Position numbers and translations under genes: made by a program. A stretch of 64,000 nt of DNA from Acidobacteriota bacterium. Lineage in GTDB: Bacteria > Acidobacteriota > CAIWXX01. Of this stretch, positions 1 to 11,017 are shown one piece after another. The notes under the pieces are model-generated. The model searched no databases. It had not been told where the DNA came from and saw nothing but the letters and a program-made list of their open reading frames with translations. The first letter of the stretch is position 1. Every line of letters begins with the position of its first letter. Location of the stretch: NCBI GenBank assembly GCA_040755995.1, contig JBFMAF010000004.1, forward strand, positions 1 through 64,000, given 5' to 3'.

Positions 1-145
1 ACCATCGGCGTCACCCACCTCGATCCCCCAACGCCGCCCGAAAACGCCGAAACCATCATGTAGTGACCAAATCGAAAACCCGACCCAGGCTTTTCAATGA
101 CTTATGGCAGCCTCCAGCAAACATGCGTTAGTACGAAAGTAGAAC
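1..145 (+). mobile_element. Possible 3' end of an IS element (IS1634-like transposase C-terminus and end region)
   Basis: Frame 1 reads TIGVTHLDPPTPPENAETIM* followed by TGTAGTG...TTCAATGACTTA, which resembles IS1634-type right ends from memory. Truncated by the window edge. Confidence 0.25.
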
Positions 146-264
146 CGTGGCGCGGTGCACCTAGCTTTCTGCATGGCGAAGGGTGTTACCGCATCCGCGA
201 GCGACGAGTGTGTGTCTGCGACGGGTCGGGAGATCGTGACTTATCGGCGGGAGGGTAGCGTCAC

Positions 265-1701
265 CTATTTCTGATCGGTGTCCACCGGGCGTTCGTACCG
301 GCGGAGGCACTCGGGCTTGAAGCGGTGGCGGTCGAAGTTTAGCTTTTCGTACAGCACGCCCTGCGCGAAGGCCAGGAGCTGGAAGTAGTAGACGGGAGGC
401 GTCCGGTAGTCCTCGTGAAACTGCTGGGCGATCTTCGCCTGGCCGTAGTCGAACTGCCCGAAGCAGGTGGGGCAGATGAGGCACAGCAGGTCGGCGTGCT
501 CGTTCTGCACCGATCCCAGCAGGTCATGCATCATGTTCGAAGGGATGGACTCGGTCTGGCAGGCCTTTCCGCAGCAGAGATACCAGTTGCGGTGGCGCAC
601 CGGCGTGGCCCCGAGCGCGCTCACGAGCGCTTCCATCATGCTCGGGTCGTTGGGGTCATCGACCTGCATGATCTTGCTGGGTTTCAGCAGGTGGCAGCCG
701 TAGTGAATCGCGATCTTGAGCCCGTTCAACGGCCGCACCACCGACGCGCGAACGGCGTCGTAGCCGACCACGTCTCTCAGCAGCGTCGCGATGTGCCTCA
801 CGCGGCTCGTGCCTGCATACTCGCGCCCGATCCGCTTCAGCCGCCCGTTCACCTTCGCGCGCAGCGCCTCGTCATGGAGCAGGTGGTACGTCTCGGACAG
901 CGTCGCAGTACAGCCCGAGCAGCTCGTAAACAGATCGATATTCCGATCCTCCGCCAGCGTCAAGTTCCGCGCCGCAACCGACAGCCATGCCACCTTGTCT
1001 TTCGATTTGAAGTAGATCGGGTCCGGGCAGCATGACATCCCGTCGAGGTCGACTATCTCGATCCCGAGGCGCTGCATGGACTCCCTGATCGCGAACTCCA
1101 TGGCCGGATGGCGCGCCGGGATCAGGCATCCGGGAAACATTGCGAACCGCCTCGTTCCGGCCCGCCTGGCTTCAGGCGCCGCCCGCCGGAGCTCCACCTG
1201 CGCCCCACCCGTATCCTCCTCCGCCACTATCGCCTGGATCTCGTCCATGGGAACAGGGGGCAGCGGCGGCAGCCCGAATTGCGCCCTCTGCCGGTCGATA
1301 GTCGCGCCGATCGGTGTCGTGCGCCCGGTCTCCTCGAATGTCTTGATCACCCTGGCCACCGGGGAAGGACTCAACCCGCGATCAGTCAGCATGTTCTTGA
1401 GCGAGATGATCACCTCGACCGGCTTCACCTCCTGCGGGCACCTCTCGTGACAGTTGTAGCAGTTCGTGCACTGCCAGAGGATCGACTCCTTCGTGAGAAG
1501 CTCCTCGCCCAGCCCGTACAACACCTTCAGCATGATCTCGCGAGGGTTGAACTCGGCGCCGTACGTGGCCGAAGGGCAGTCGCCTACGCAGGCTCCACAC
1601 TGGTAACAGAAGCTTGCCAGGTTTCCTTCCACCTTCCGCGCCAGCTCACGGCGGAACTCGAAGTCGACCCTTACGACGTCGTCCTTGGTGGCGGTGGTCA
1701 T
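265..1701 (-). CDS. hdrCB: HdrC-HdrB fusion (heterodisulfide reductase 2x[4Fe-4S] subunit fused to CCG-domain catalytic subunit)
   Basis: N-terminal CYQCGACVGDCP and WQCTNCYNCHERCP (HdrC); C-terminal FPGC, SCCPDP, CSGC, HYGCH, CCG, CPTC (HdrB); RBS AAGGAG. Confidence 0.9.
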   Translation of the reverse strand: MTTATKDDVVRVDFEFRRELARKVEGNLASFCYQCGACVGDCPSATYGAEFNPREIMLKVLYGLGEELLTKESILWQCTNCYNCHERCPQEVKPVEVIISLKNMLTDRGLSPSPVARVIKTFEETGRTTPIGATIDRQRAQFGLPPLPPVPMDEIQAIVAEEDTGGAQVELRRAAPEARRAGTRRFAMFPGCLIPARHPAMEFAIRESMQRLGIEIVDLDGMSCCPDPIYFKSKDKVAWLSVAARNLTLAEDRNIDLFTSCSGCTATLSETYHLLHDEALRAKVNGRLKRIGREYAGTSRVRHIATLLRDVVGYDAVRASVVRPLNGLKIAIHYGCHLLKPSKIMQVDDPNDPSMMEALVSALGATPVRHRNWYLCCGKACQTESIPSNMMHDLLGSVQNEHADLLCLICPTCFGQFDYGQAKIAQQFHEDYRTPPVYYFQLLAFAQGVLYEKLNFDRHRFKPECLRRYERPVDTDQK

Positions 1702-1725
1702 CTCAGGCTCCTTTACGACCCATCC

Positions 1726-1896
1726 TCACTGCGCCCCGGCGGCCGCCGCCGGCTTCTTGACCGGCTTGAGGTGGCGAATGCTGTTCGACCGGCACACGGG
1801 GCAGGAACGCTCCTTGTCCTCCCCCTTCTCCACCTTCTCCTGATACTCGTGGCCGCACATCATGCACCGGAACGTCTCCGTGGTAGCGGTCTCCAT
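1726..1896 (-). CDS. 56-aa zinc-ribbon/rubredoxin-like protein (FmdB-like), absent from the ORF track
   Basis: Hand translation METATTETFRCMMCGHEYQEKVEKGEDKERSCPVCRSNSIRHLKPVKKPAAAAGAQ*; two CxxC pairs; RBS GGAGG upstream of the ATG. Confidence 0.85.
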   Translation of the reverse strand: METATTETFRCMMCGHEYQEKVEKGEDKERSCPVCRSNSIRHLKPVKKPAAAAGAQ

Positions 1897-1989
1897 CGTG
1901 TCCTCCGTCAGCGCCTCATGGATCGGTCACGCGGCACAGAGCGGGTGCGCGGGCACGGATCTCGGCCTCTGCCCTCGGAACTCGCCATG

Positions 1990-2068
1990 CCCATCATCTC
2001 CCCATCTCCGTCTCTCCGATTCCCCGGTTCTCCGATTCGCCGGTTCTCCGTTTCTCCGGTTCGCCGCG
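1990..2068. repeat. Degenerate 8-nt tandem repeat (TTCTCCG[G/A/T]-like), intergenic
   Basis: ...tctctccga ttccccgg ttctccga ttcgccgg ttctccgt ttctccgg ttcgccgc. Confidence 0.75.
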
Positions 2069-4540
2069 TCAAACAGTGGCTTCGGCGGGGGCGCCGGCGC
2101 CCGCGGCCGCCTCTTCTTTCTTCACGCTCTTCTTGGGCTTTGGTTTCAGCGCTTCCCTGGCATGTTTGATCTCGTCGAGCGTGACGGTCTTGCGCAACTC
2201 TTCCATCTGTCGCATCACCTTGGCGAACTTCTGTCCCTCGGCGGCGCTGATCCATTCGAGCTGCAGCCTTCCAGGGCGCACCCCGGCTTTCTCGAGCTTG
2301 TCCCAGAGCCGCTGCACTCGCTTTACCGTCTGCCGGTTCGCGTTGATGTAGTGGCAGTCGGCGTAGTGGCAACCCGAGACCAGCACCACCGGCGCGCCGC
2401 AGCGGAACGCTTCGAGCACCATCTCTTCGGAGACGCGCGCCGAGCACATGGTGCGGACCACGCGGTTGCTCGCAGGGTACTGCATGCGCGATATGCCGGC
2501 CATGTCGCCGCCGGCGTAGGAGCACCAGTTGCAGGCGAACACGAATACCTTGTCCTGCGACTCCTCGGCCAGTATGGCGCGGATCTGCGCCATGATCTGG
2601 TCGTCGGTGAAGTGCCGCATGATGATGGCGCCGAACTGGCACGAGGCTCCGCACGCGCCGCACCCCGCGCATGCAGCCTCGACCACGGCGGCGACTTCGC
2701 CCTTCTTCCAGATTATCGCTCCGTACGGGCATATCGGCGCGCAGACGCCGCACTTCGTGCAGAGCGACTCGACCACACGGCTCGTGATGGCCTCGATCTT
2801 GATCTGTCCGGCGTTCAGCAGCGCGCCGGATCGGGACGAGGCCGCGCCGGCCTGGCAGACGGAGTCCTTGATGTCCTTGGGGGATTCGCAGAAGCCCGCG
2901 ATGTACACGCCGCGCGTGGGCGCATCCACCGGCTTGAGCTTGGGGTGAGACTCCATGAAGAAGCCGTCCGATGTCCTCGACAGCGTCAACAGTCGCGAGA
3001 TCTTGTCGCTGTCCTTCGGCGGCACTACGCCGACCGAGAGCACGAGCATGTCGAGCTCGTGGCGCTCCACCTTCCCGCTCGTGGTGTTCTCGACCGTCAC
3101 CACCAGGTTTCTCGTCACGGGTTCTTCCTCGACGTCGCCCGGCAGGCCGCGGATGTATCGCGTCCCGGCCTCCTTCGATCGCTGGAACATGTCCTCGAAT
3201 GACTTGCCGAACGCGCGGATGTCCTGGTAGAAGACGTAGTTCTCGACGTCGGGGTAGTGGTCGGCGAGGAGCAGTGTGTCCTTGATGGTGTTCATGCAGC
3301 AGATGTTCGAGCAGTATGGCCGGCCGATCTTGGGGTTGCGCGAACCCACGCACTGGACGAACCCAATCCGCAGCGGGCGTTTGTGATCGCTGGGGCGGAC
3401 GAAATGGCCGGCGGTGGGGCCGCCCGCGCAGATCAGCCGCTCGAACTCCATCGACGTGATCACGTTCTCGAACCGCGTGTAGCCGTACTCGTCCATCTCC
3501 GTGGGATCGTACACGTCCAGCCCGATTGCCACGATGATGGCGCCTACCTGGCGCGTTATGATCTCGTCGTGGTCTTCGTAGTGGATCGCCTTTTTCTCAC
3601 AAACGTCGGCGCACTTGCCGCAGGCGATGGGGTTGTTGCCGAGGCAGTCTTGCATGTTGAGGATGTAGGAGCACGGCACGGCCTGCGGGAACGGGATGTA
3701 TATGGCCTTGCGCGACGAAAGCCCCATCTGGAACTCGTCCGGCTTCACCACCGGGCAGACCTTGGCGCACTCGCCGCACGCATTGCACAATTTCGGGTCG
3801 ACGTAGCGCGCCTTTCTGCGGATCTTGACGGTGAAGTTGCCGATGTAGCCCGACACGTCATCGACCTCGGCGAACGTCATCAGCTCGATATTTCGATGCC
3901 GACCGGCATCGATGGCCTTAGGCCCGAGTATTCATATCGAGCAGTCCATCGTGGGATAATTCTTGTCGAGCTGTGCCATTATCCCGCCGATGGACGGCGC
4001 CTTCTCCACTAATACCACTCGGTGCCCGGCGTCGGCCAGCTGGAGCGCTGCTTCGATGCCGGTGACACCGCCGCCGATGACGAGCGCCGATTTTGTCACC
4101 GGCACCGTCATCTCCTCTTGCGGCTGCAGAAACTGCGCGCGCGCCACCGCGCTCGCCACCAGATCCTTCGCCTTTCGCGTCGCGCCTTCCTTGTCTCCGG
4201 TGTGCACCCACGAACAGTGCTCGCGGAGGTTGGCCATCTCCATGAGGTATGGGTTCAGGCCGGCCTCGTGGACGCACTGCCGGAAGGTGGGCTCGTGCTG
4301 CCGCGGCGTGCACGACGCCACCACGACCCGATTCAGCTTGTGCTGGTGGATCGCCGCCTTGATCTCGTTCTGACCGGGATCGGCGCACGTGTACTTGTTG
4401 CGTACCACACACGCCACGTTCGGCAGATTTTTCGCGAATTCCGATACCGCCGCGCAATCCACCGACCCGGCGATGTTGAGCCCGCAATCGCACACGAAGA
4501 CACCTATGCGGCACTCGTCGGTTGTCGCTTTAGCTACCAT
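2069..4540 (-). CDS. hdrA: Selenocysteine-containing HdrA fused to a C-terminal MvhD domain (about 823 aa)
   Basis: ORFs 3932-4660 and 2069-3880 are in frame across TGA 3932-3934 (NYPTMDCSI-U-ILGPKAIDAGRH). GGGxxG FAD motif, CVGSR/CSNICC, ferredoxin motifs, C-terminal FACNWCSYAG/MCSARV/GCHYADCHY (MvhD). ATG at 4540 has RBS AAGGAG. Confidence 0.9.
3893..3912 (-). promoter_or_regulatory. Bacterial SECIS-type hairpin of the HdrA-MvhD gene
   Basis: mRNA UCGAUGCC-GGUC-GGCAUCGA; the loop starts 27 nt after the UGA and contains GU. Confidence 0.8.
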
Positions 4541-4663
4541 AGGTGAGCTCCTTTGGGGGAAAAAGTGCCGGGCATGAGGTCCGCCGTCTGCGCCACCACC
4601 GAACACCTCCTGCCCTTCATGGGTCCTATCGATCCGCGCGAGCAGAGCTGCTCGCGGCAAACG

Positions 4664-5806
4664 CTAGGCCAACGCCGCCGCGGCCAACTCAGCCACATCT
4701 CGGATCTCCATTTCGATTTCCTGTCTCCTCTTGTGGTCCTTCATCGTGCATCGGAAGTGGATCTGGCACTTGGGGCAGGCGGTCGCAAGAATGCCGGCAC
4801 CGGTCGCCTTCGCCTCTCGCAACCGCTCCACCTGTATCTGCTTTGACGCCCAATCGCAGCTGCTCCAGGTCCCTCCGGCGCAGCACACCGCAACGGCCTC
4901 GGCCCGTTGCATCTCCACGATCTCCACACCGGGAACGGCCGCGAGCACGTCGCGCGGCGGTTGATAGATGCCCAGGTGGCGTCCCATTCTGCACGGGTCC
5001 TGGAATGTGACTTTCTGGCGGCCCTCTGCTTTGAACTTGAGCCGGTCCATGAGCTCGCCGAGGAGCTCGGTGAAGTGCACTATCCGCGGCGGTTTCCCTT
5101 TGAAGTAAGGCGAGTAGTCGATCTTCCACGTTCTGAGGCATTCGGCGCAAGAAGTCACGAGCACCTTGGCTCCGCTGTCCTCCACCAGCTTCACGTTGAA
5201 TCTGGCAAGCAGCTCGAAGTTGCTCCGGTCGCCGTTCCACAGGAGATCGTGCCCGCAGCAGCGCTCGTCGGGCGATACGATCGGCTGGATCCCGGCCCGG
5301 TTCATGAGCAGGATGGCGGCCCGTGTCCCATCGAGCGTCTTCACGTCCAGCTGCGGGAAGAACGCGTCGTAGTACATGGAACAGCCGGTCCAGTAGAACA
5401 CATCGCCTTTCGTAGTCTCGGTCCTGAACCGATCGGTGAGCCAGCCCAGGCGCGCCTGCCTGGTGGTTCCGGCCGCCATGATGCGCATGGTCGAAAGGAG
5501 GGCGCCGCCGTGCGGGCACTCATGCTCGAAGCCGTCGCGATGGGCAAGCTCGCGCAGCTTCTGGACCAGGTCCGTATATCTCACCTCAGCCGGGCACCGC
5601 CGGTCGCACATCCGGCAGGTGAGGCACTGGTAGAGCGCCGCGTCGTGAACGATCTCGTCGCGCCGCCCCAGCACTGCGGCCAGCACCATCCCGCGGGGGC
5701 TGTACGTGCCGGTGACGCGCGAGATAGGACACGTCGCCGTGCACTTCCCGCAGTCGTAGCAGGCCCATGCGCGCGTCTGCTTCACGACCTGAGCCAGGTC
5801 TGTCAT
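4664..5806 (-). CDS. HdrD-like Fe-S protein (2x[4Fe-4S] plus two CCG domains)
   Basis: CYDCGKCTATCP, CLTCRMCDRRCP, YWTGC, ERCCG, CAEC, FQDPC, CCAG, CPKC; ATGA overlap with mvhD. Confidence 0.85.
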   Translation of the reverse strand: MTDLAQVVKQTRAWACYDCGKCTATCPISRVTGTYSPRGMVLAAVLGRRDEIVHDAALYQCLTCRMCDRRCPAEVRYTDLVQKLRELAHRDGFEHECPHGGALLSTMRIMAAGTTRQARLGWLTDRFRTETTKGDVFYWTGCSMYYDAFFPQLDVKTLDGTRAAILLMNRAGIQPIVSPDERCCGHDLLWNGDRSNFELLARFNVKLVEDSGAKVLVTSCAECLRTWKIDYSPYFKGKPPRIVHFTELLGELMDRLKFKAEGRQKVTFQDPCRMGRHLGIYQPPRDVLAAVPGVEIVEMQRAEAVAVCCAGGTWSSCDWASKQIQVERLREAKATGAGILATACPKCQIHFRCTMKDHKRRQEIEMEIRDVAELAAAALA

Positions 5807-6300
5807 CGTCCTACCCCCGCCTTGAAGCTGATCGCCTGCTTGTTGTTGAGGGGGCTCGGGCCCAAGGCGCGGACCTGATCGGTGAACTCGTTGATAACGT
5901 CGGCGAATCGCCCCCCCTCAGCAGCGCTGATCCACTCCAGCCTCAGCCGGCCGCCCTCGATCCCCAGCAGGCTCACCATGTTCTTCGTCTTCTCGAATTG
6001 CTCGACCGCCCGATGATTGCCGAAGATGTAGTGGCAGTCGCCGAAGTGGCATCCGGAAACCAGCACGCCATCCGCCCCTTTCTCGAATGCCCTCAGGACG
6101 AACCCGGGCTCGATACGCCCCGAGCACATCACCCGGATCATGCGGAAGTGAGGCTGGTGCTGGATTCGAGAGACGCCTGCGGTATCGGCTCCGGCGTACG
6201 AGCACCAGTTGCATGCGAATACGACGATCGATGGATTCCACGCACAGCTCTGGGCGGACACCGGCGCAGCCTCTGCGGTCCGATGGGGTGCGGTGCTCAT
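5803..6300 (-). CDS. mvhD: MvhD/FlpD [2Fe-2S] subunit (Cys form)
   Basis: FACNWCSYAGAD, VMCSGR, GCHFGDCHY, WISAAEG; ATG at 6300 overlaps the stop of the upstream hdrA (ATGA). Confidence 0.9.
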   Translation of the reverse strand: MSTAPHRTAEAAPVSAQSCAWNPSIVVFACNWCSYAGADTAGVSRIQHQPHFRMIRVMCSGRIEPGFVLRAFEKGADGVLVSGCHFGDCHYIFGNHRAVEQFEKTKNMVSLLGIEGGRLRLEWISAAEGGRFADVINEFTDQVRALGPSPLNNKQAISFKAGVGR

Positions 6301-9300
6301 GGCCGGCTCTCCTCGCTCAGCAGCGCATCGATCATGGCGTTGACCTGACGGCTCGTGAAATGCCGCGCCGATATGGCACCCGACGGACACCAGCTCGCAC
6401 ACGTCCCGCACCCCTTGCAGAGCGACGCGTTGATGCGCGCAGCGTAAATGCCCGGGGCACGCTCGATCAGCTCCGGCGCCCTGAACTCGCAGATGTCGAC
6501 GCAGTCACCGCACCCCCGGCAACGAATCTCGTCGACCATCGCCACGGCCGGATCGAGCTTCACCTTGTCGCTGGACAGGAATACCGACGCCTTAGCGGCG
6601 GCCGCCGATGCCTGCGCCACCGTATCCACAATGTCTTTGGGCCCTTGCACTGTGCCTGCAAGAAAGACTCCCTCGACTCCTGTCTCGACCGGCGCCAGCT
6701 CCGGGTGCCGCTCCAGGAAGAACCCGTCGAGCCCGAGGCTGGCCTTGAGCATGTCGTGGAACTTGTGGGTCTCCGGTTGGCGCGGGCGCATGCCGACGCT
6801 CAGCACCACGAGATCCGTCGGGACCTCCAGCCTGCGCGCCAAGAGCTCGTCATAGCACCGGACCGCCTCGGCGCGCTTTTCGCCAAGAACCTCGGCCTTC
6901 TCCCCCGGCGGAATGCGAACAAAAAGCACGCCCATGCCGCGCGCCTCCCGGTACATCTCCTCCGCCCCCGTCGAGATCGTCCGGATGTCCCTGTAGAAGA
7001 TCGTGGTGTCGGTGCCCTGGCGGCAGAGATGAATCGCCTGTTTTATGGCCGTCGGACAGCAGTAGCGCGAGCAGCCGGTGTAGCCGTTCGGGTCGCGCGA
7101 GCCGACGCAGAGAATGAACGAAGCGCTGCGGGGCACTTGCCCGTCGACTTTGATCCGTTCATCCTCGAACCACCGCCGCTCCAACTCCTGGCTCGTCCAC
7201 ACGTTCGAGAGCTCGCCGTGCCGGAATTCGCCCCGCGGATCATAGAGGTCCGCTCCAACCGCAAGGATCACCGCGCCGATTCGCAGCACTTCCGTGGCGG
7301 CGCCCTTCAGCGTCGCCTCGAAGCTTCCTACAAACCCCGTGATGTTTTCCACATCTGTATTCAGGAGCACCCGTGCCCCGCTCTTCTGCAACCTCCGCAG
7401 CTTCTGCTCCAGGACATCCGCGGCCAGCCGCAGATTCGGGTAGAGGTGCTTCAGATTCGGAGCCGCAAGGCGCCCGCCGAGCTGCCCCGTCTTCTCCACG
7501 AGCGTCACGGGGAAGCCCTGCACAGCCAGGTCGGTGGCTGCCTCGATCCCGGCGATGCCACCGCCGATCACCAGGGCCGAACGCACCATCGGAGCGAACC
7601 CGCCGTGGAGCGGCTCCAGATGGCGCGCCCGCGCGACTCCCATCCGGATCAGGTCGCGCGCCTTTTCCTGCGCTTCGCGCGGATACTTCGAATGGACCCA
7701 CGAACACTGGTCGCGGATATTGACCATCTCGAGCATGTACGGGTTGAATCCGATTCGCGCGCACGTCTCGCGGAAGATGGGCTCGTGCGTCCGCGGCGTG
7801 CACGCGGCCACCACGATGCGGTTGAGCTTGTGCTCGCGGATGAGATCGACCAGCTCCTGCTGGCCGGTGGCCGAGCAGGCGAAAATCTGAGTGCCCGAGT
7901 GGACCACACCGGACAGCGTGCCGGCATTCTTCGCGAGCGCCTCGACGTCGAGAAGGCCTGCGATGTTCACACCGCAGTGGCAGACCATGACGCCGACTCG
8001 GGGCGGCCCTGAGAGGTCGATCGGCTCCACCTTCTGCTCGACCTCCTCGACGCGGTGCCCCGTGAGGTAGAGCTGCGCGCGGGCGGCCGCAGCCGATGCC
8101 ATGGCCACGCAGTCCGGTATGACCTGCGGGCCGACGGCGCTGCCGCACACGAAGATAGCGTCGCGGGTGGTTTCGACGGCGGACACGGCCGGATCGGCGC
8201 GCGCGATGAATCCGTACTGGTCGGTGCCGATCCCCAGCACCTCGGCCAGCTTCATGGCGCCGTCGCTCGGCGCGGCCGCGACCGAGAGCACCACCATGTC
8301 GGCGGGGACGCGACGCTGCACGTGCGCGAGGGTGTCTTCGACGAAGACGACGAGCGAGTCGTCATCCGGGACGCGCTCGACCTTGGCCGGTCTGCCTCTA
8401 ATATACGTCGCGCTCTGCTCTTCGAGCGACCTCTGGACGAAGTCGTCGAACCCTTTGCCGAACGCCCGGAGGTCGGTGTAGAGGATCGTCACATCCTCCA
8501 CCTCCGGATCGTGCTGGCGGATGAGCCTCGAGTCCTTCACCGCGTTCATGCAGCAGAAGCGGCTGCAGTATGGCCGCCCGCCCTCGCCTCGCGCCCCGAC
8601 GCACTGGATGAATACGATGCGCCGTGGGGTCTTCCTGTCCGAGGGCCTTATGACGTGGCCCTGGGTGACGCCGGAGGCGTTGAGCAACCTCTCCAGCTCG
8701 AGGCTCGTCAGCACGTTCACGAAGCGGCCGTAGCCGTAGTTGCGGAGCACGCGGGCGTCGAACTCCTGGAAGCCGACCGCGACCAGAATCGACCCCACCT
8801 CCAGCTCACGCTCCTCCGCCCGCAGGTCGAAGTCTATGGCTCCGACCTCGCACGCTTCGGTGCAATGCTGGCAGGCCAGCAGCTGCGGGTGATAGGCCGC
8901 GTCCCTCCTCTTCTTGGCCGCCTGGATCTTCTTGAGCTTGACCGCCTGCTTCTCGGTGAGATAGCCGAGGTTGAGGCACGCATCCGGGTCGATGATGTAG
9001 GTGGCCGGCACGGATTGCGGGAACGGCCGGTAGATCGCCTTCCTCGCCTTCAGCCCCACGTCGAACTCGTTGGATACCTTCTGAGGGCACACGTCCACAC
9101 AGAGGCCGCAGGCCACACAGCGGTCCTCGCGCACGAATCTCGGATGCTTCACCACCCGCACGCGGAAATCCCCGGGCTTGCCCTCGCATGCGACCACCTC
9201 GGCGTTCGTGATCACCTCAATCAGTGGATGCCGACCGGCATCCATGGCCTTAGGCCCGAGTATTCATATCGCGCAGTCCATGGTGGGGAAGGTCTTGTCG

Positions 9301-9464
9301 AGCTGGGCCATACGGCCGCCCAGCGCCGGGGACTTCTCCACCAGGGTCACGCGGATGCGCGCGTTGGCGAGGTCCAGGGCTGCCTGGATGCCGGCGATGC
9401 CGCCGCCGATGACCAGCGCGCGTTTCGTCGGGTGGGGGCCCGAGGTAGATGTGTCCGCGTTCAT
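6297..9464 (-). CDS. hdrA: Selenocysteine-containing tandem (double) HdrA-like flavoprotein (about 1055 aa)
   Basis: ORFs 9264-9464 and 6297-9245 are in frame across TGA 9264-9266 ([22 protein letters not shown]). Two GGGIAG FAD motifs, internal CHCGVNIA HdrA N-domain, ferredoxin motifs; RBS GGAGG. Confidence 0.9.
9225..9244 (-). promoter_or_regulatory. Bacterial SECIS-type hairpin of the tandem HdrA gene
   Basis: mRNA UGGAUGCC-GGUC-GGCAUCCA; same 27-nt spacing from the UGA as the other copy, with one compensatory base-pair swap. Confidence 0.8.
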
Positions 9465-9537
9465 GTCCTCCTGCCTCTGTCCATCTGCTACGGTTTCGAT
9501 CTGAACCGACCACAGTGTGCGACCGCGGGGCCGTGAG

Positions 9538-10128
9538 CTACGGCGCTGCGGCCGCGGCCGTCACCGGTTCCTCCAGTCTCTTTTCCCCGTAAGTCTCCTG
9601 GTAGTACTGCCAGCCGGCGTCGAATGCCTTGAGGTTCAGCTCGTCGGTGCCGGCCGGGACCGACGCCTTGACCGCGTCGCGCAGGGCTTCGCGCGCGACG
9701 ATCCGCGTGACGGCGCCGAAGAAGCCCAGCATGACGATGTTCTGGACCATGGCGCGTCCGAGCGTCTCGGCGATGCGCGTGGAGGGGACTGCAAAGGCTT
9801 GCTGGCCCGGCTTCATCGCGGCCGGGTGCACAAGATCCTTCTCGTGGATAAGGATGCCGGCTTCTCTCAACGTGGGCTGGTATTTCTCGCAGCCGTCCGA
9901 CGACATTGCGACAAGGACGTCGGGGCGCCGGAGGTATGGGTAAAGCACCTCCCCTTCTGACACGACGACCGTGGCGCTGCAAGCCGCGCCTCGGGCCTCC
10001 GGCCCGAAGCTCTGCATCATCGTCGCGTGCATCCCGGCATTGACGGCGCAGCCGCGGCCGATGATGAAGCCGGAGAGCACGACGCCCTGGCCGCCGAAGC
10101 CGGTGATGCGGATTTCAGTCCTTTTCAT
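9538..10128 (-). CDS. korC: 2-oxoacid:ferredoxin oxidoreductase gamma subunit
   Basis: [35 protein letters not shown] motifs. Confidence 0.9.
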   Translation of the reverse strand: MKRTEIRITGFGGQGVVLSGFIIGRGCAVNAGMHATMMQSFGPEARGAACSATVVVSEGEVLYPYLRRPDVLVAMSSDGCEKYQPTLREAGILIHEKDLVHPAAMKPGQQAFAVPSTRIAETLGRAMVQNIVMLGFFGAVTRIVAREALRDAVKASVPAGTDELNLKAFDAGWQYYQETYGEKRLEEPVTAAAAAP

Positions 10129-11017
10129 GGATCAGTCCTCCCTCGGGCGGAGTCGGCACGTAGCGCTCGCCGAGCAGCTTCCGATAGTGGTCGTGCATCA
10201 TTTCAATGAAGGTCGGCTTCTCTTCGTCTACGAATTTCCCGCAGATGATCTTGTCCTGGAATCCGATGTCGATGGTTCGGGTATCGGCGCCGTGCTGGAC
10301 CTCCGCGTTGTCGTGATAGAACTGCATGAGGCTGAGGCCCGTGCCCAGCTTGTTCAGACGGGCGTAGAGCGTAGCGCACGGCGCGATCACTTCAATGAAC
10401 CGGAACCCCTTGCGCCTGATCCCCTCCCCAAACGACTTGGTCAGCTGGCGCACGTGGAGGCTGGTCCATCTCGCCACGTATGTGGCGCCGCAGCTCGCCG
10501 CCAGGTACGGCAGACTGAAAGGCCGTTCGAAGTTGCCGAATGGCATCGTGGATGACTTGGCGGTCAGCGGTGTGGTCGGCGCGTTCTGGCCGCCTGTCAT
10601 GGCGTAGATGAAGTTGTTGACGAGGATGACCAGGAGGTCCATGTTGCGGCGAGCCGCGTGGATGAAGTGATTGCCGCCGATGCCCACCAGGTCGCCGTCG
10701 CCGGAGAAGACGGTGACCAGCAGCTCGGGACGCGCCAGCTTGAGCCCCGTGGCGAACGGCAGCGCCCGGCCGTGTGTCGTGTGGAAGGCGTCGAGCTTCA
10801 TGTAGCCGGCCACGCGGCCTGTACATCCGATGCCTGATACCATGCTCGTCTTGTCGATGTCGACCCCGCTGTCGCCCAGAGCCTGGGCGAAACACTTGAC
10901 GACCGTCCCGATTCCGCAGCCGGGGCACCAGATGTGCGGAATCCGGTCCATGCGGAGGTATGGAGCTATCGGGTGTTCTTCTATGGGGGTCTCTTTCAGC
11001 TCGACCTGTGTGCTCAT
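10115..11017 (-). CDS. korB: 2-oxoacid:ferredoxin oxidoreductase beta subunit (TPP-binding)
   Basis: WCPGCG, SGIGC, HTTHGRA, GDGD...NN TPP motif; start placed at the ATGA overlap with korA. Confidence 0.9.
   Translation of the reverse strand: MSTQVELKETPIEEHPIAPYLRMDRIPHIWCPGCGIGTVVKCFAQALGDSGVDIDKTSMVSGIGCTGRVAGYMKLDAFHTTHGRALPFATGLKLARPELLVTVFSGDGDLVGIGGNHFIHAARRNMDLLVILVNNFIYAMTGGQNAPTTPLTAKSSTMPFGNFERPFSLPYLAASCGATYVARWTSLHVRQLTKSFGEGIRRKGFRFIEVIAPCATLYARLNKLGTGLSLMQFYHDNAEVQHGADTRTIDIGFQDKIICGKFVDEEKPTFIEMMHDHYRKLLGERYVPTPPEGGLIHEKD

Noticed and set aside
3932..9464. hdrA genes as nonsense pseudogenes or split genes
   Set aside because: The same TGA occurs at the known Cys/Sec column in both paralogues, each with a conserved SECIS-like hairpin.
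6087..9536. Long plus-strand ORFs (641 and 493 aa) and similar antisense ORFs at 13208-15160, 19401-21461 and 34062-35891
   Set aside because: Shadow frames of high-GC genes with no motifs.
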